64,000 bases of DNA, taken from Actinomycetales bacterium. GTDB lineage: Bacteria; Actinomycetota; Actinomycetes; Actinomycetales; Actinomycetaceae. The notes below the pieces were generated by a model. The model did no database searches. It was not told where the DNA came from and saw only the letters and a program-made list of their open reading frames with translations. This document shows positions 50,486 to 59,567 of the stretch, in pieces. Within the stretch, counting starts at the first letter, position 1. The number at the start of each line of letters is the position of its first letter. Both the position numbers and the translations under genes were made by a program. The stretch covers positions 8,612 through 72,611 of the forward strand of contig JAATFD010000041.1 of NCBI GenBank assembly GCA_015655375.1, written 5' to 3'.

Positions 50486-50652
50486 CCAAATCCTCCCACC
50501 CGGTCAAGCCGGACCGACGACGACCCCGAGCGGCCGAGTTTGCTTCAAGGGTAGCCGCCCCTCGGTCGCAGCGATGCACCGCGGCACACCCAGCGCGGCT
50601 TCGCCCCGCTTGACAGGTGGTGACGATCGCGTAACCTACGGTAACGTAGGAA

Positions 50653-51360
50653 ATGCCGGACACGACGAACGGAGGATCGATGAAGGTCGCCTCGCTCAAG
50701 CCCAGGTCATGGGTTCCCGATCAGATCATTGCCATCAAGCCCCACCTTCGCGGCTGGCTTCACCTCGGAGCGACGCCCCTGGCATTGGCGGCTTCGATCG
50801 TCCTCGTCGTTCTGGCACCGACCACCGCAACAAAATGGGCATCCGCGGTCTACCTTGCGTCCTCATTGATCCTCTTCGGCGTCTCTGCGCTCTACCATCG
50901 CTTCTACTGGGCACCTCCGTGGGAGCGCTTCTGGAAGCGGTTCGATCACTCGAACATCTTCTTGCTGATCGCCGGGACCTACACGCCGCTGTGCGTCGCA
51001 CTCCTCAGCCCGACCAAATGCCGCAACGTCCTCCTGATCGTCTGGCTCGGCGCACTTGCCGGAATCCTGCTCAACATCTTCTGGCCCTCCGCCCCGCGAT
51101 GGCTGACGACTCTGGTCTATGTGGTGCTCGGCTGGGTGGCGATCTGGTATCTGCCCGACCTGTGGAGAGCAGGCGGACCCGCCGTCGTCATCCTCATCAT
51201 CGTCGGCGGTGTCCTCTACACGATCGGTGCCGTGGTCTACGCGCTGAAGAGACCGGACCCCTCCCCCAAGTGGTTCGGATTCCACGAGATCTTCCACCTA
51301 TGCACGGTGCTCGCCTGGGCCTGTCACTGTGTCGCCGTCTACCTCGCTGTCCTCAGCTGA
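50653..51360 (+). CDS. Hemolysin III / PAQR-family membrane protein
   Basis: 235 aa, 7 TM. ...SALYHRF...FDHSNIFLLIAGTYTP...HEIFHLCTV... Confidence 0.88.
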   Translation: MPDTTNGGSMKVASLKPRSWVPDQIIAIKPHLRGWLHLGATPLALAASIVLVVLAPTTATKWASAVYLASSLILFGVSALYHRFYWAPPWERFWKRFDHSNIFLLIAGTYTPLCVALLSPTKCRNVLLIVWLGALAGILLNIFWPSAPRWLTTLVYVVLGWVAIWYLPDLWRAGGPAVVILIIVGGVLYTIGAVVYALKRPDPSPKWFGFHEIFHLCTVLAWACHCVAVYLAVLS

Positions 51361-51518
51361 GTCGCGGGGAAGCGGGTGTTGACACCGCACCCCGTTCCCC
51401 GGCTTGCACTCCCACCTGCGGTTGTGAACGACTGCCGCCGAGCGCCCGGTTCGCCGGAAAGTGTTGCTCCGGCCACATCGTCCGGACTCTGATTGCTATA
51501 CTGTCGCGAGTCGTTCCG

Positions 51519-51550
51519 CCGGCACCACCACGGTGCCGGTCGATTTTTTT
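51519..51550 (+). terminator. Canonical intrinsic terminator/attenuator abutting the greA RBS
   Basis: 8-bp stem ccggcacc/ggtgccgg with a 5-nt loop, then tcga + TTTTTTT (51544-51550). This is immediately followed by GGAGG (51551-51555) and the greA ATG at 51561. T-runs are otherwise very rare in this window. Confidence 0.75.
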
Positions 51551-51560
51551 GGAGGTACAC

Positions 51561-52040
51561 ATGGCCGACACCCAGTGGCTGACCCAGGTGCAATATGACG
51601 CCCTCAAGGCCGAGCTCGAGGACCGCTCCGGGCGCCGCCGCACCGACATCGCACACCTCATCGACGAAGCTCGCCAAGAAGGCGACCTGCGGGAGAACGG
51701 TGGATACCACGCTGCTCGCAATGAACAGGCGATGAACGAGACTCGTATCCAGTCCCTGGCGGAGATACTCAAGAACGCTGTGGTCGGCGAGACACCCAAG
51801 GATGATGGCATCGTCGAACCCGGAATGGTCGTGACCGCCCTCGTTGCCGGACGCGAACAGAAGTTCCTCCTCGGATCGCGTGACGCCGGCGGGGATCTCG
51901 GGATCCAAGTGTTCTCCGCGCAAGCTCCCCTCGGCGCGGCAGTCGTCGGGCACAAGGCCGGCGACAAGCTCAATTACGAGGCTCCCAACGGACGGACGAT
52001 CGAGGTCGAGATCCTCAACTGTGTGCCCTTCGAGGCCTGA
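51561..52040 (+). CDS. greA: Transcription elongation (transcript cleavage) factor GreA
   Basis: MADTQWLTQVQYDALKAELEDRSG...EARQEGDLRENGGYHAARNEQAMNETRIQSL... It has the coiled-coil acidic tip motif and a GGAGG RBS. Confidence 0.92.
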   Translation: MADTQWLTQVQYDALKAELEDRSGRRRTDIAHLIDEARQEGDLRENGGYHAARNEQAMNETRIQSLAEILKNAVVGETPKDDGIVEPGMVVTALVAGREQKFLLGSRDAGGDLGIQVFSAQAPLGAAVVGHKAGDKLNYEAPNGRTIEVEILNCVPFEA

Positions 52041-52123
52041 CGAGGAACACAACACGACCCGACTGACACCGGGGTCGGACCAATCACGGTCCGGCCCCGG
52101 TCTCGTCGGCGTCATCGACGCGC

Positions 52124-53569
52124 TCAGACCTGTCCGGATCCACCGGCCGGGCTCGGCGTCCCGCTCTCGGGCGACGTGGATTCCATGACCTCAGCCGATG
52201 CTGCCGCCGGATCGGCGGCTGACGCATCCGCCGTCTGGGAATCGGCCTCCTCCGCGTCCTTCGGCGCGTACGAGGCCGCCACCAGCTCGGCGAGCATCCC
52301 CGGAGGACCACCCGGTCGGTCCCGCTTCGTGCGCAGCTCGGGCAAGGGGTCGTACCCGTGGAGGTAGAGGAAGGTTGAGTTGAGGAACGCCGCGATCGGC
52401 ACGCCGAAAAGTGCTCCCGGGATCCCCGCGACCGCACCAGCTCCAGTGACGACGAGCAACACGGCGACCGGGTGGAGGGAGACCGCGTTCGACATCAGCC
52501 ACGGCTGAAGGATGTTCCCCTCAATCTGCTGGACGACGAGGATCACGAGCAGCATGATCAGCCCGGTCGTCAGGCCCTTGTCGACGACAGCGACGAGCAC
52601 TGCGACCGTCCCCGACAGGAACGCGCCGACGATCGGGATGAAGGATCCGAAGAACACAAGGACGGTGATCGGCACCGCCATCGGGACGTGGAGCACGGCG
52701 GCGCCCAGACCAATGCCAGCAGCGTCGATGGCCGCCACCTTGATCTGGGTCCGCACGTATCCGCCCAACGTCGCCCATCCCCGGATCGCGGACTCGTGGA
52801 CGGGCTCACGAGCGGAAGCCGGCAGAAGGCGGACGACCCACAACCAGATCCGACGCCCCTCCTTCAGGAAGAAGAACAAACAAAACAAGGTGATCAGCGC
52901 TCCTGCGAGCACAGACGCCAATGACGATGTCACCGACAGAGCGCCTGAGGCCAGTAGCGATGAGTTTGCCTGCACGTAGCCGGTGATCTCGTCCTGCAGC
53001 GATATGACGGCCTTGTCGACCGTGGTGTCGTCGAGGGCGAGTGGACCGTTCGTCAACCAATCGACGGCCTTGTCGAGTCCGCCGGAGGCCTTCACCAGGA
53101 GGGACGGGAACTGCTGGAACAACGAGGAGGCGGCCTGCGTGACTAGAGCGCCCGCGATCCCGAATCCGACGAGCAGGCCGGCCACGGCAGACAAGGTCTG
53201 TGACAGATGTGCGCGTCGGTGGAAGAACCCGACCAAGGGCTCCAGCAGAACCGTCAGCAGCAAGGCGATCGCAACCGGGAGCACGATGATCGAAAGCTTC
53301 ATCGCCCCCCACACGATGAGTGCTGAGGCCGCCGCGACCAGCAGCGCACGCCAGGACCAGGCTGCTGCTACGCGCAACGGCCACGTCACAGCCATGTGGG
53401 CCAATTCTCCCGACGGCCCCGACGTTGCGTCGCGGAAGCGAACGCCCTCGGCCGCGCCGTCACGCAGCTCTTCGCGTTGGGCGGACAGTCGCTCGAACAG
53501 ATCGGCGAAACGACGCCGTGACCTGGATCCGCCTGTCCCGGACATCGGTGCATCTGTGCCGGTCTCCAT
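52124..53569 (-). CDS. AI-2E family (PerM/UPF0118) transporter
   Basis: Multi-TM with ...FFFLKEGRRIW...GGYVRTQIKVAAIDA...IPIVGAFLSG...QQIEGNILQPWLMS... The start is uncertain (ATG 53569 preferred; the track TTG is at 53629). Confidence 0.82.
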   Translation of the reverse strand: METGTDAPMSGTGGSRSRRRFADLFERLSAQREELRDGAAEGVRFRDATSGPSGELAHMAVTWPLRVAAAWSWRALLVAAASALIVWGAMKLSIIVLPVAIALLLTVLLEPLVGFFHRRAHLSQTLSAVAGLLVGFGIAGALVTQAASSLFQQFPSLLVKASGGLDKAVDWLTNGPLALDDTTVDKAVISLQDEITGYVQANSSLLASGALSVTSSLASVLAGALITLFCLFFFLKEGRRIWLWVVRLLPASAREPVHESAIRGWATLGGYVRTQIKVAAIDAAGIGLGAAVLHVPMAVPITVLVFFGSFIPIVGAFLSGTVAVLVAVVDKGLTTGLIMLLVILVVQQIEGNILQPWLMSNAVSLHPVAVLLVVTGAGAVAGIPGALFGVPIAAFLNSTFLYLHGYDPLPELRTKRDRPGGPPGMLAELVAASYAPKDAEEADSQTADASAADPAAASAEVMESTSPESGTPSPAGGSGQV

Positions 53570-53663
53570 CCCTGAACTGTACAAGGTCGCCTCGCCACGT
53601 CGCGCGACAGGCCTCTTCGTGTGCTGCAATGGAGGCCCAGTCCTGCATCATGAAGGAGCATCC

Positions 53664-54293
53664 GTGTTCCAGTTCCACGAGGCGCTCACAGGCGCCCGAC
53701 CCGACCCCTCGCGTCACGTCGTGCTCGGAACGGCCCTCGACCTCCAACCCGGTCCGGAACAGGAGGTCATCTTCCTCGCCGCCGGTTGTTTCTGGGGAGT
53801 TGAGAAGATCTTCTGGGAGAGCCCCGGCGTGGTCGCGACCTCCACCGGCTATATGGGTGGTCATACCGAGAACCCCAGCTATTCCGAGGTCTGCACCGGG
53901 CTGACAGGCCACGCCGAGACAGTCAGGGTCGTCTACGACACGACGCAGACCGACGCTTCCCGCATCGTCTCGACGTTCTTCGAGATCCACGATCCGACCC
54001 AGGGGGACCGACAGGGCAACGACGTCGGCAGTCAGTACCGTTCGGCGATCTGGACGACGACCCCGCATCAGCTTGAGCTTGCTCTCGCCACGCGCGACGC
54101 CTACCAGGAGGAGATCTCCGGCCACGGCTTCGGCCCGATCACGACCGTCATCGTCGCCTCCGAAGAAGCCGGGCCGTTCTGGCAGGCCGAGGACTACCAC
54201 CAAGGCTACCTGTGGAAGAATCCCGACGGCTATCAGTGCCACGTCCGCACGGGATTGGCGTGCCCGGTGCTTCCGGCTGCAGCCGCGAGCTGA
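53664..54293 (+). CDS. msrA: Peptide-methionine (S)-S-oxide reductase
   Basis: GTG at 53664 with a GAAGGAG RBS. ...VIFLAAGCFWGVEKIFW...TGYMGGHTENPSYSEVCTGLTGHAE...HDPTQGDRQGNDVGSQYRS...EDYHQGYL. Confidence 0.9.
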   Translation: MFQFHEALTGARPDPSRHVVLGTALDLQPGPEQEVIFLAAGCFWGVEKIFWESPGVVATSTGYMGGHTENPSYSEVCTGLTGHAETVRVVYDTTQTDASRIVSTFFEIHDPTQGDRQGNDVGSQYRSAIWTTTPHQLELALATRDAYQEEISGHGFGPITTVIVASEEAGPFWQAEDYHQGYLWKNPDGYQCHVRTGLACPVLPAAAAS

Positions 54294-54406
54294 GGTCCAG
54301 GCGAGTACGCGCCCACACCGATGCGGAACGGCCCCGGCACCTCATCAGAGGTCGCCGGGGCCGTTCCTTTGAGTCCCGTGGACTCCACATGTCAGATGGA
54401 CCTGGG

Positions 54407-54805
54407 TCAGCTGACACCGAGGATATCGGTGACGAAGACCAAGGTGTCGCCGCCCTGGATGCCGGCTGCTGGAACCCCGCGATCTCCGTATCCGTATTCT
54501 GAGGGAATCGACAGCAGGACGCGCGATCCCACCTTGTGGCCGACGAGGCCGTCGTCCCAGCCCCGGATCACCATACCGACGCCGATCTGGAAAGCCAGCG
54601 CCTCACCACGATCGTAGGAGTTGTCGAAGACATCCCCGTCCCAGACCTGCCCGAGGTAATGACACTGGATTTGGTCACCGGGCTCAACCTCGGGCCCGGT
54701 CCCCTCGGTGAGAACCTCGACGAGGAGGTCGCCGGAGGGGCGCTCGCCCGCAAAGTCGAGGGTGGGCTTGCGACCGAAGCCGCCGCTGACAGTGACGTTG
54801 TCCAT
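54407..54805 (-). CDS. FKBP-type peptidyl-prolyl cis-trans isomerase
   Basis: ...CHYLGQVWDGDVFDNSYDRGEALAFQIGVGMVIRGWDDGLVGHKVGSRVLLSIPSEYGYG...LVFVTDILGV. Confidence 0.9.
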   Translation of the reverse strand: MDNVTVSGGFGRKPTLDFAGERPSGDLLVEVLTEGTGPEVEPGDQIQCHYLGQVWDGDVFDNSYDRGEALAFQIGVGMVIRGWDDGLVGHKVGSRVLLSIPSEYGYGDRGVPAAGIQGGDTLVFVTDILGVS

Positions 54806-54891
54806 TGTTGTCCTCGTGAATGGGAGACCGGCATGCGGTTGCGCACCAGTTAAGCGGTGCGGTCACCCGCACCTCAAAGAGCCAAGTCGTC

Positions 54892-55893
54892 TCAGTCGCG
54901 AATACGCGCCAAGAGCTGAAGGATCTCGACGTACATCCACACGACAGTGACCATCAGACCGAAGGCGCACATCCAGGCGAACTTCGCGGGAACACCCGCC
55001 GCAACGCCGACCTTGACCTCGTCGAAATCCTGGATCAGGCAGGCAGCACCGACGAGGACAGCCAACACGCCGACCGCGAGGCCGAGCGGGATGCCCATGA
55101 TCGTCGCATCGTTGAGCCCGCCGTTCGAGAGGACGCCGAAGAACACGAGCCCGGCGTTGATCAGCCGGTAGGCCAGGATTCCGACGAGGGCGATCAACGT
55201 GAACCGCATGAGCTTGGGCGAGTTGCGGACCTTGCCGGAGGCGAAGAGGGCGAGCGTCACACCGAAGACGGCAGCCGTAGCAAGGACCGCCTGGATGACA
55301 ATGCCCGGGTAGACGGTCTCCATCAAGTAGGACAATCCCCCCAGGGCCAGTCCTTCCGCCGCCGAGTAGGCGACGATGAGCGCCGGGCGCGGCGTTTGGG
55401 AGAAGCTGTTGACCAGCGCGAGCACGAAGCCGACAAGCAGGCCGCCGCCCATGAGTGCCACGCCGATCCCGGGGTTGATGGTCGCAGCGAACCAGGCACC
55501 GGCCGCGGCAACCACGAGCACACCGAGCAGCGCACCGGTACGGACGATGACGTCGTCATAGGTCATACGACCGCGGTCGACGGCGTCCGCCGCTGCAGCC
55601 GCGTAGGCCTGCTCGGCCTCCCCGAGAGCCCGCTGATCGTAGGTCGGGTACCCGGTAGGCGCACTCTGCCCGATCGGATTCGACGCGGTGGGCGCGTCAC
55701 CCGCAGTGGAACCGTAGGGGTATCGCGCATCGGCCGTCGCAGAAGCCGGATATGACGCGCTCGCGTCGGCGCCCGGGCGGGTCTGCGTGGAAGCTGCGGC
55801 CCCGCCGGGCCGGTAGCCGGGCATCGTCGGGTAGCCCGCCGGTGTCGTCTTGTTCCATTGCGACTCAAGGCGGTCGAACACGGGGTTCGCCAT
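54892..55893 (-). CDS. Bax-inhibitor-1/YccA-family membrane protein with a Pro/Gly/Tyr/Ala-rich N-terminal extension
   Basis: The ATG at 55893 has a GGAGGA RBS. A low-complexity segment of about 110 aa is followed by 7 TM helices (...LGVLVVAAAGAWF...IIQAVLATAAVFG...). Confidence 0.8.
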   Translation of the reverse strand: MANPVFDRLESQWNKTTPAGYPTMPGYRPGGAAASTQTRPGADASASYPASATADARYPYGSTAGDAPTASNPIGQSAPTGYPTYDQRALGEAEQAYAAAAADAVDRGRMTYDDVIVRTGALLGVLVVAAAGAWFAATINPGIGVALMGGGLLVGFVLALVNSFSQTPRPALIVAYSAAEGLALGGLSYLMETVYPGIVIQAVLATAAVFGVTLALFASGKVRNSPKLMRFTLIALVGILAYRLINAGLVFFGVLSNGGLNDATIMGIPLGLAVGVLAVLVGAACLIQDFDEVKVGVAAGVPAKFAWMCAFGLMVTVVWMYVEILQLLARIRD

Positions 55894-56159
55894 GTGATTC
55901 CTCCAGTATTTGAGGGTCGTCGGACTCCAATCTCCCATGTTCGGGCGTGCGGCGCCACCCCTGTCTGCTCGGATTCGCCATCAGAGGATCCACGGACTGT
56001 CCTCAGGCTTCCTGAGAGCGTGAGAGTGCCCGCCGAGCATGTCACATCACCTCGCATGGTGAACCGGCCTCCGATACCGAGAACGGAGCGCCGTAGCGTG
56101 CGGAAACACCATCCGCCTCGCCGATGCCGACGGATGACCATTCGAGGAGGTAACTGACG

Positions 56160-57227
56160 ATGGCTCCCACACCGACGACGTCCAGTGACGACCACTTGTC
56201 CGCTCGGGAGTTCCCCGAGCATTTCCCCGACCCGTCTCTCGCGCCGACGGCGGATTCTGTCCTCGCCCTCGTCGGGAGCACTCCTGTGGTCCGACTCACC
56301 GAGGTGACGGAGGGTCTTCCCGCCCAGATCTTCGTCAAGCTCGACCAGACGAATCCCGGCGGGTCATCCAAGGACCGCATCGCCCTGCACATCGTGCGTG
56401 AGGCCGAGCGCAGCGGCGAACTGGCCCCGGCAGCCCGCATCATCGACAACGGAGCCGGCAACACCGCGATCGGGTTCGCTCTGGTCGGGGCCCACACCGG
56501 GCATCCCGTCACTCTGGTCGCCTCCTCCGAGCTGTCCCCCGCCAAGGAACGTTTGCTCAGACTCTACGGAGCCGAGATCCTGCGAGGGCGCCCTGACCTT
56601 CCCTTCTCGGATCCACAGAACTGGGAAGCGATCGCCGCGCGACACGCCGACGAGGATCCCGCCACCTGGTGGTCGCACCAGAGCGCCACGCCGACCAATC
56701 CGGACGCCCACTATCTGTCGACGGGACCCGAGATCTGGAAGCAGACCGCGGGGCGCGTCACCCATTTCCTCGCAGCCACCGCCACCGGTGGAACGGTGTC
56801 GGGAACGGGCCGCTACCTCAAGGAACGCAATCCCCGCATCCGGGTCATCACCACCGATTTCGTCGAAGGCCCCAACACCTCCAATGGTTTGGCCGCGGCC
56901 ATCGCCTCCGATTCCCCGGTCCCCGAGGACGAGCGGGCATGGCCCGCCAACATCGACACCGAGCTGATCGACAGGCTCGAATTGCGGCCTCGTCACGACG
57001 TCATCGAGCTCGGGTGGCGCCTGGCCCGCGAGGAGGGGCTGGCGCTCGGCCTGACTTCGGCGCTCTCCATCCTGGTCGCCCTCGACCTCGCTCGCGAGGC
57101 GACGCCGGAGGACACCTTTGTCGTTTTCAGTGCCGATTCCGCCCGCGACTACCTTGACCACGAATACAACGCGGAGTGGTTGCAGGCCCATGGCCTGGCC
57201 GACATCGCCGACGAGTACAACGACTGA
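56160..57227 (+). CDS. PLP-dependent cysteine synthase / cystathionine beta-synthase-like enzyme (PALP fold), divergent
   Basis: The ATG has a GAGGAGG RBS. ...LVGSTPVVRL...KLDQTNPGGSSKDRIA (PLP-Lys context)...GAGNTAIGFA...NPDAHYLSTGPEIW...ATATGGTVSGTGRYLKE. It deviates from the canonical TSGNTG and GTGGT loops. Confidence 0.75.
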   Translation: MAPTPTTSSDDHLSAREFPEHFPDPSLAPTADSVLALVGSTPVVRLTEVTEGLPAQIFVKLDQTNPGGSSKDRIALHIVREAERSGELAPAARIIDNGAGNTAIGFALVGAHTGHPVTLVASSELSPAKERLLRLYGAEILRGRPDLPFSDPQNWEAIAARHADEDPATWWSHQSATPTNPDAHYLSTGPEIWKQTAGRVTHFLAATATGGTVSGTGRYLKERNPRIRVITTDFVEGPNTSNGLAAAIASDSPVPEDERAWPANIDTELIDRLELRPRHDVIELGWRLAREEGLALGLTSALSILVALDLAREATPEDTFVVFSADSARDYLDHEYNAEWLQAHGLADIADEYND

Positions 57228-57240
57228 GACAGGAACACCG

Positions 57241-58419
57241 ATGCCTGAATCCACTGACACCGGCGACCTCGCGACCATCGAGGGCGCGTTCGAGGACGAT
57301 CCACGTCTGAAGAACCTCGAGGTCCTCGACTCTTCCGGGCTGATGGCAGCGGAGGTCTCCGATTCCTTCCACCGCCAACGCAACCACTTCCCCGCCCGCT
57401 TCGGCGAGGGGCCCGGGCTGATCCCCGTGATCCCCGGCCGCTACCGGCTGGTCGGATCGCCCGAATGCGGATGGAACCGCCGCCAGCGAATCGTGCGCCG
57501 TCTGCTCGGGCTGGAGGAGGCTCTGCCCATCGAGAACCTCATCACCCGCGCCGAGGACGGCAACTGGATCATCGCCCGGCGCGGGGGCGACCTCGTCGAG
57601 AGATTCGGTACTCGCCGACTCAACGACTTCTACGAGCGCACCGACCCGGACTTCACCGGGCGCGGGACCTCACCGACGATCATCGACGCCCAGACGGGAC
57701 TGGTCGCGACGAACAACTACCACACACTCAGCCTCGACCTCGAGACCGCGTGGAAACCGTTCCACACACAGGGCGCCCCTGACCTCTATCCCGAGGACCT
57801 GCGCCCGCGCATCGATCTGCTCAACCAGCAGCTCTTCGACGACGTCAACGACGGGACCTACCGGACGATCGAGGCCCCGACGGTAGAGGGCGCCCGAGCC
57901 GCTTACGGGATCTTCGAGGCGCGCCTGCGTGAGTACGACTTCCGGCTGGCGAGCAGGCGCTATCTGTTCGGCAACCGGCTGACCGACTCCGATGTCCGCC
58001 TGTTCCAGACCATCAGCTCCTTCGATCGAATCTATCGACCGGCTATGGTCGCGCGCCTGGGCGAGGGCGTCATCCGGCTGCCGGAGCTGGAGAACCTGTG
58101 GGGTTATGGCCGCGACCTGTTCCAACAGGGATTCGTCGACGAGGTCGAGTTGTACTACCTCACGCTTGTTCCCGGACCGTCGGGCAACTACCTGCCCGAT
58201 CCTTTGACGTTCGGCGGCGAGCTGCCTGCGCTCAGCCCCAAGGAATCCCTGGCCGCGTGGCGCGCGCCCTCGGGGCGCGAGGAACTGGGCGGGGATTCAA
58301 TCGCGCCCGGACCCGGCGACGGCGGGTCGGTGACCCTGTGGCACCTGCGCGGGGACCCGCTTGAGACCACGTTCCCGACACCCCACCTCGGTGCGCTCCA
58401 CACCGACCCGACCAAATAA
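57241..58419 (+). CDS. Xi-class GST / glutathionyl-hydroquinone reductase (YqjG/ECM4)-like protein, paralog 1, with a CGW active-site variant
   Basis: GRYRLVGSPECGWNRRQRIVRRLLGLEE (family: GRYHLYVSxACPWAHR...KGLE). ...FTGRGTSPTIID...YPEDLRPRIDLLNQQLFDDVNDG...RRYLFGNRLTDSDVRLFQTISSFDRIY. Confidence 0.75.
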   Translation: MPESTDTGDLATIEGAFEDDPRLKNLEVLDSSGLMAAEVSDSFHRQRNHFPARFGEGPGLIPVIPGRYRLVGSPECGWNRRQRIVRRLLGLEEALPIENLITRAEDGNWIIARRGGDLVERFGTRRLNDFYERTDPDFTGRGTSPTIIDAQTGLVATNNYHTLSLDLETAWKPFHTQGAPDLYPEDLRPRIDLLNQQLFDDVNDGTYRTIEAPTVEGARAAYGIFEARLREYDFRLASRRYLFGNRLTDSDVRLFQTISSFDRIYRPAMVARLGEGVIRLPELENLWGYGRDLFQQGFVDEVELYYLTLVPGPSGNYLPDPLTFGGELPALSPKESLAAWRAPSGREELGGDSIAPGPGDGGSVTLWHLRGDPLETTFPTPHLGALHTDPTK

Positions 58420-58430
58420 GGACACCCCTC

Positions 58431-59567
58431 ATGTCGTCCACCCCCATGCCCTCGGTGCCCACGACGCCTCGCTCCCCCACGCCGGCCATCACCTCGGCCT
58501 CGTCCTCCGACTCGGCTGGGGACTACCCCGAGCTCGCTGTCGAACGGACCCCGGACGGAACGTTTCGCCCTCAACACAATCTGTTCCCCGGCCGCTTCGG
58601 CATCGGCCCCGGTCTGACACCGCCCGAACCGGGTCGCTATCACCTGCTCGGCAGCCTCGATTGCGGGTGGTTCCGCCGCCAGCTCATCGTCCGTCGATTG
58701 GTAGGCCTGGAAGAGGCGATCCCCGTCGAGTTCCTCAAGAGCCACGACACCGACGGCTGGCACATCGGACACCAACCGGGCGGATCCATCGAGACCTTCG
58801 GGTACCACCGGCTCAACGACTTCTATCGGGCGACCACCGGTGCTTTCGCGGGTCGAGGCACATCTCCGACGATCGTCGACTTCGAGCAGGGAGTGGTTGT
58901 CACGAACGACTACCACACGATCAGCCTCGACCTCGAGACCGCGTGGGCTCCCTTCCACGCCGCAGGCGCCCCGAACCTCTACCCAGAGGACCTGCGCCCT
59001 GAGATCGACCTGCTCAATCAGCAGATCTTCGACGATGTCAACAACGGCGCAGACAAAGTGCTCTTCGCTCGCTCGCGGGGTGCGGCCCAAGCGGCCTACG
59101 CCGTCTTCGCGGCACGCCTGGCCGACTTCGACTTCCGCTTGACCAACAGGCGCTACTTGCTCGGCCACCGTCTGACCGATTCTGATGTCCGGCTCTACCA
59201 GACGCTCAGCTCCTACGACGTGCGGTACCGGCCCGGGATCGCGGCCAAGCTCGGGGACTCCGTCCTCCATCTGCGCGACTTCGAGCATCTGTGGGCCTAC
59301 GCGCGCGACCTTTTCCAGCAGGGGTTCTCCGACGAGGACGACCAGTTCCATCTCGGGCTGATCCCGAGCTCGCGCGGGACCTATTACGCCGACGACGACC
59401 TGCGGGGAGGCTCATCCTTCGACGGGACGAGCGACTGGGATCCCGAGACCGAGCTCGCCGGGTGGAGTGAGCCAGCCCGTCGAGAGACGCTCACGAACTC
59501 CGCCCCCTACTCGGGGCCTGGCGCGGGAGGGTCCGCCGAGCTCTGGCGTTTCGGGGGGCGCGCATGA
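58431..59567 (+). CDS. Xi-class GST / glutathionyl-hydroquinone reductase-like protein, paralog 2, with a CGW active-site variant
   Basis: GRYHLLGSLDCGWFRRQLIVRRLVGLEE...FAGRGTSPTIVD...YPEDLRPEIDLLNQQIFDDVNNG...RRYLLGHRLTDSDVRLYQTLSSYDVRY. It is colinear with paralog 1. Confidence 0.75.
   Translation: MSSTPMPSVPTTPRSPTPAITSASSSDSAGDYPELAVERTPDGTFRPQHNLFPGRFGIGPGLTPPEPGRYHLLGSLDCGWFRRQLIVRRLVGLEEAIPVEFLKSHDTDGWHIGHQPGGSIETFGYHRLNDFYRATTGAFAGRGTSPTIVDFEQGVVVTNDYHTISLDLETAWAPFHAAGAPNLYPEDLRPEIDLLNQQIFDDVNNGADKVLFARSRGAAQAAYAVFAARLADFDFRLTNRRYLLGHRLTDSDVRLYQTLSSYDVRYRPGIAAKLGDSVLHLRDFEHLWAYARDLFQQGFSDEDDQFHLGLIPSSRGTYYADDDLRGGSSFDGTSDWDPETELAGWSEPARRETLTNSAPYSGPGAGGSAELWRFGGRA

Larger units (their letters stand above)
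57241..59567 (+). repeat. Tandem gene duplication (two Xi-GST-like paralogs) retaining identical nucleotide runs
   Basis: The 25-nt string cagcctcgacctcgagaccgcgtgg occurs at 57729-57753 and again at 58922-58946. The flanking codons are also highly similar. Confidence 0.8.

Noticed and set aside
55939-56159. A possible sulfur/SAM riboswitch or ClgR operator in the 220-nt leader of the CBS/CysK-like gene. The same operator search was made in 60863-60925 and 62521-62601.
   Set aside because: I found no SAM-I/SAM-IV-like conserved cores. I found only CGC-N4-GCG or imperfect GTTCG-type strings, which do not fit the ClgR operator spacing I recall. This needs a proper motif scan and is not reportable by eye.
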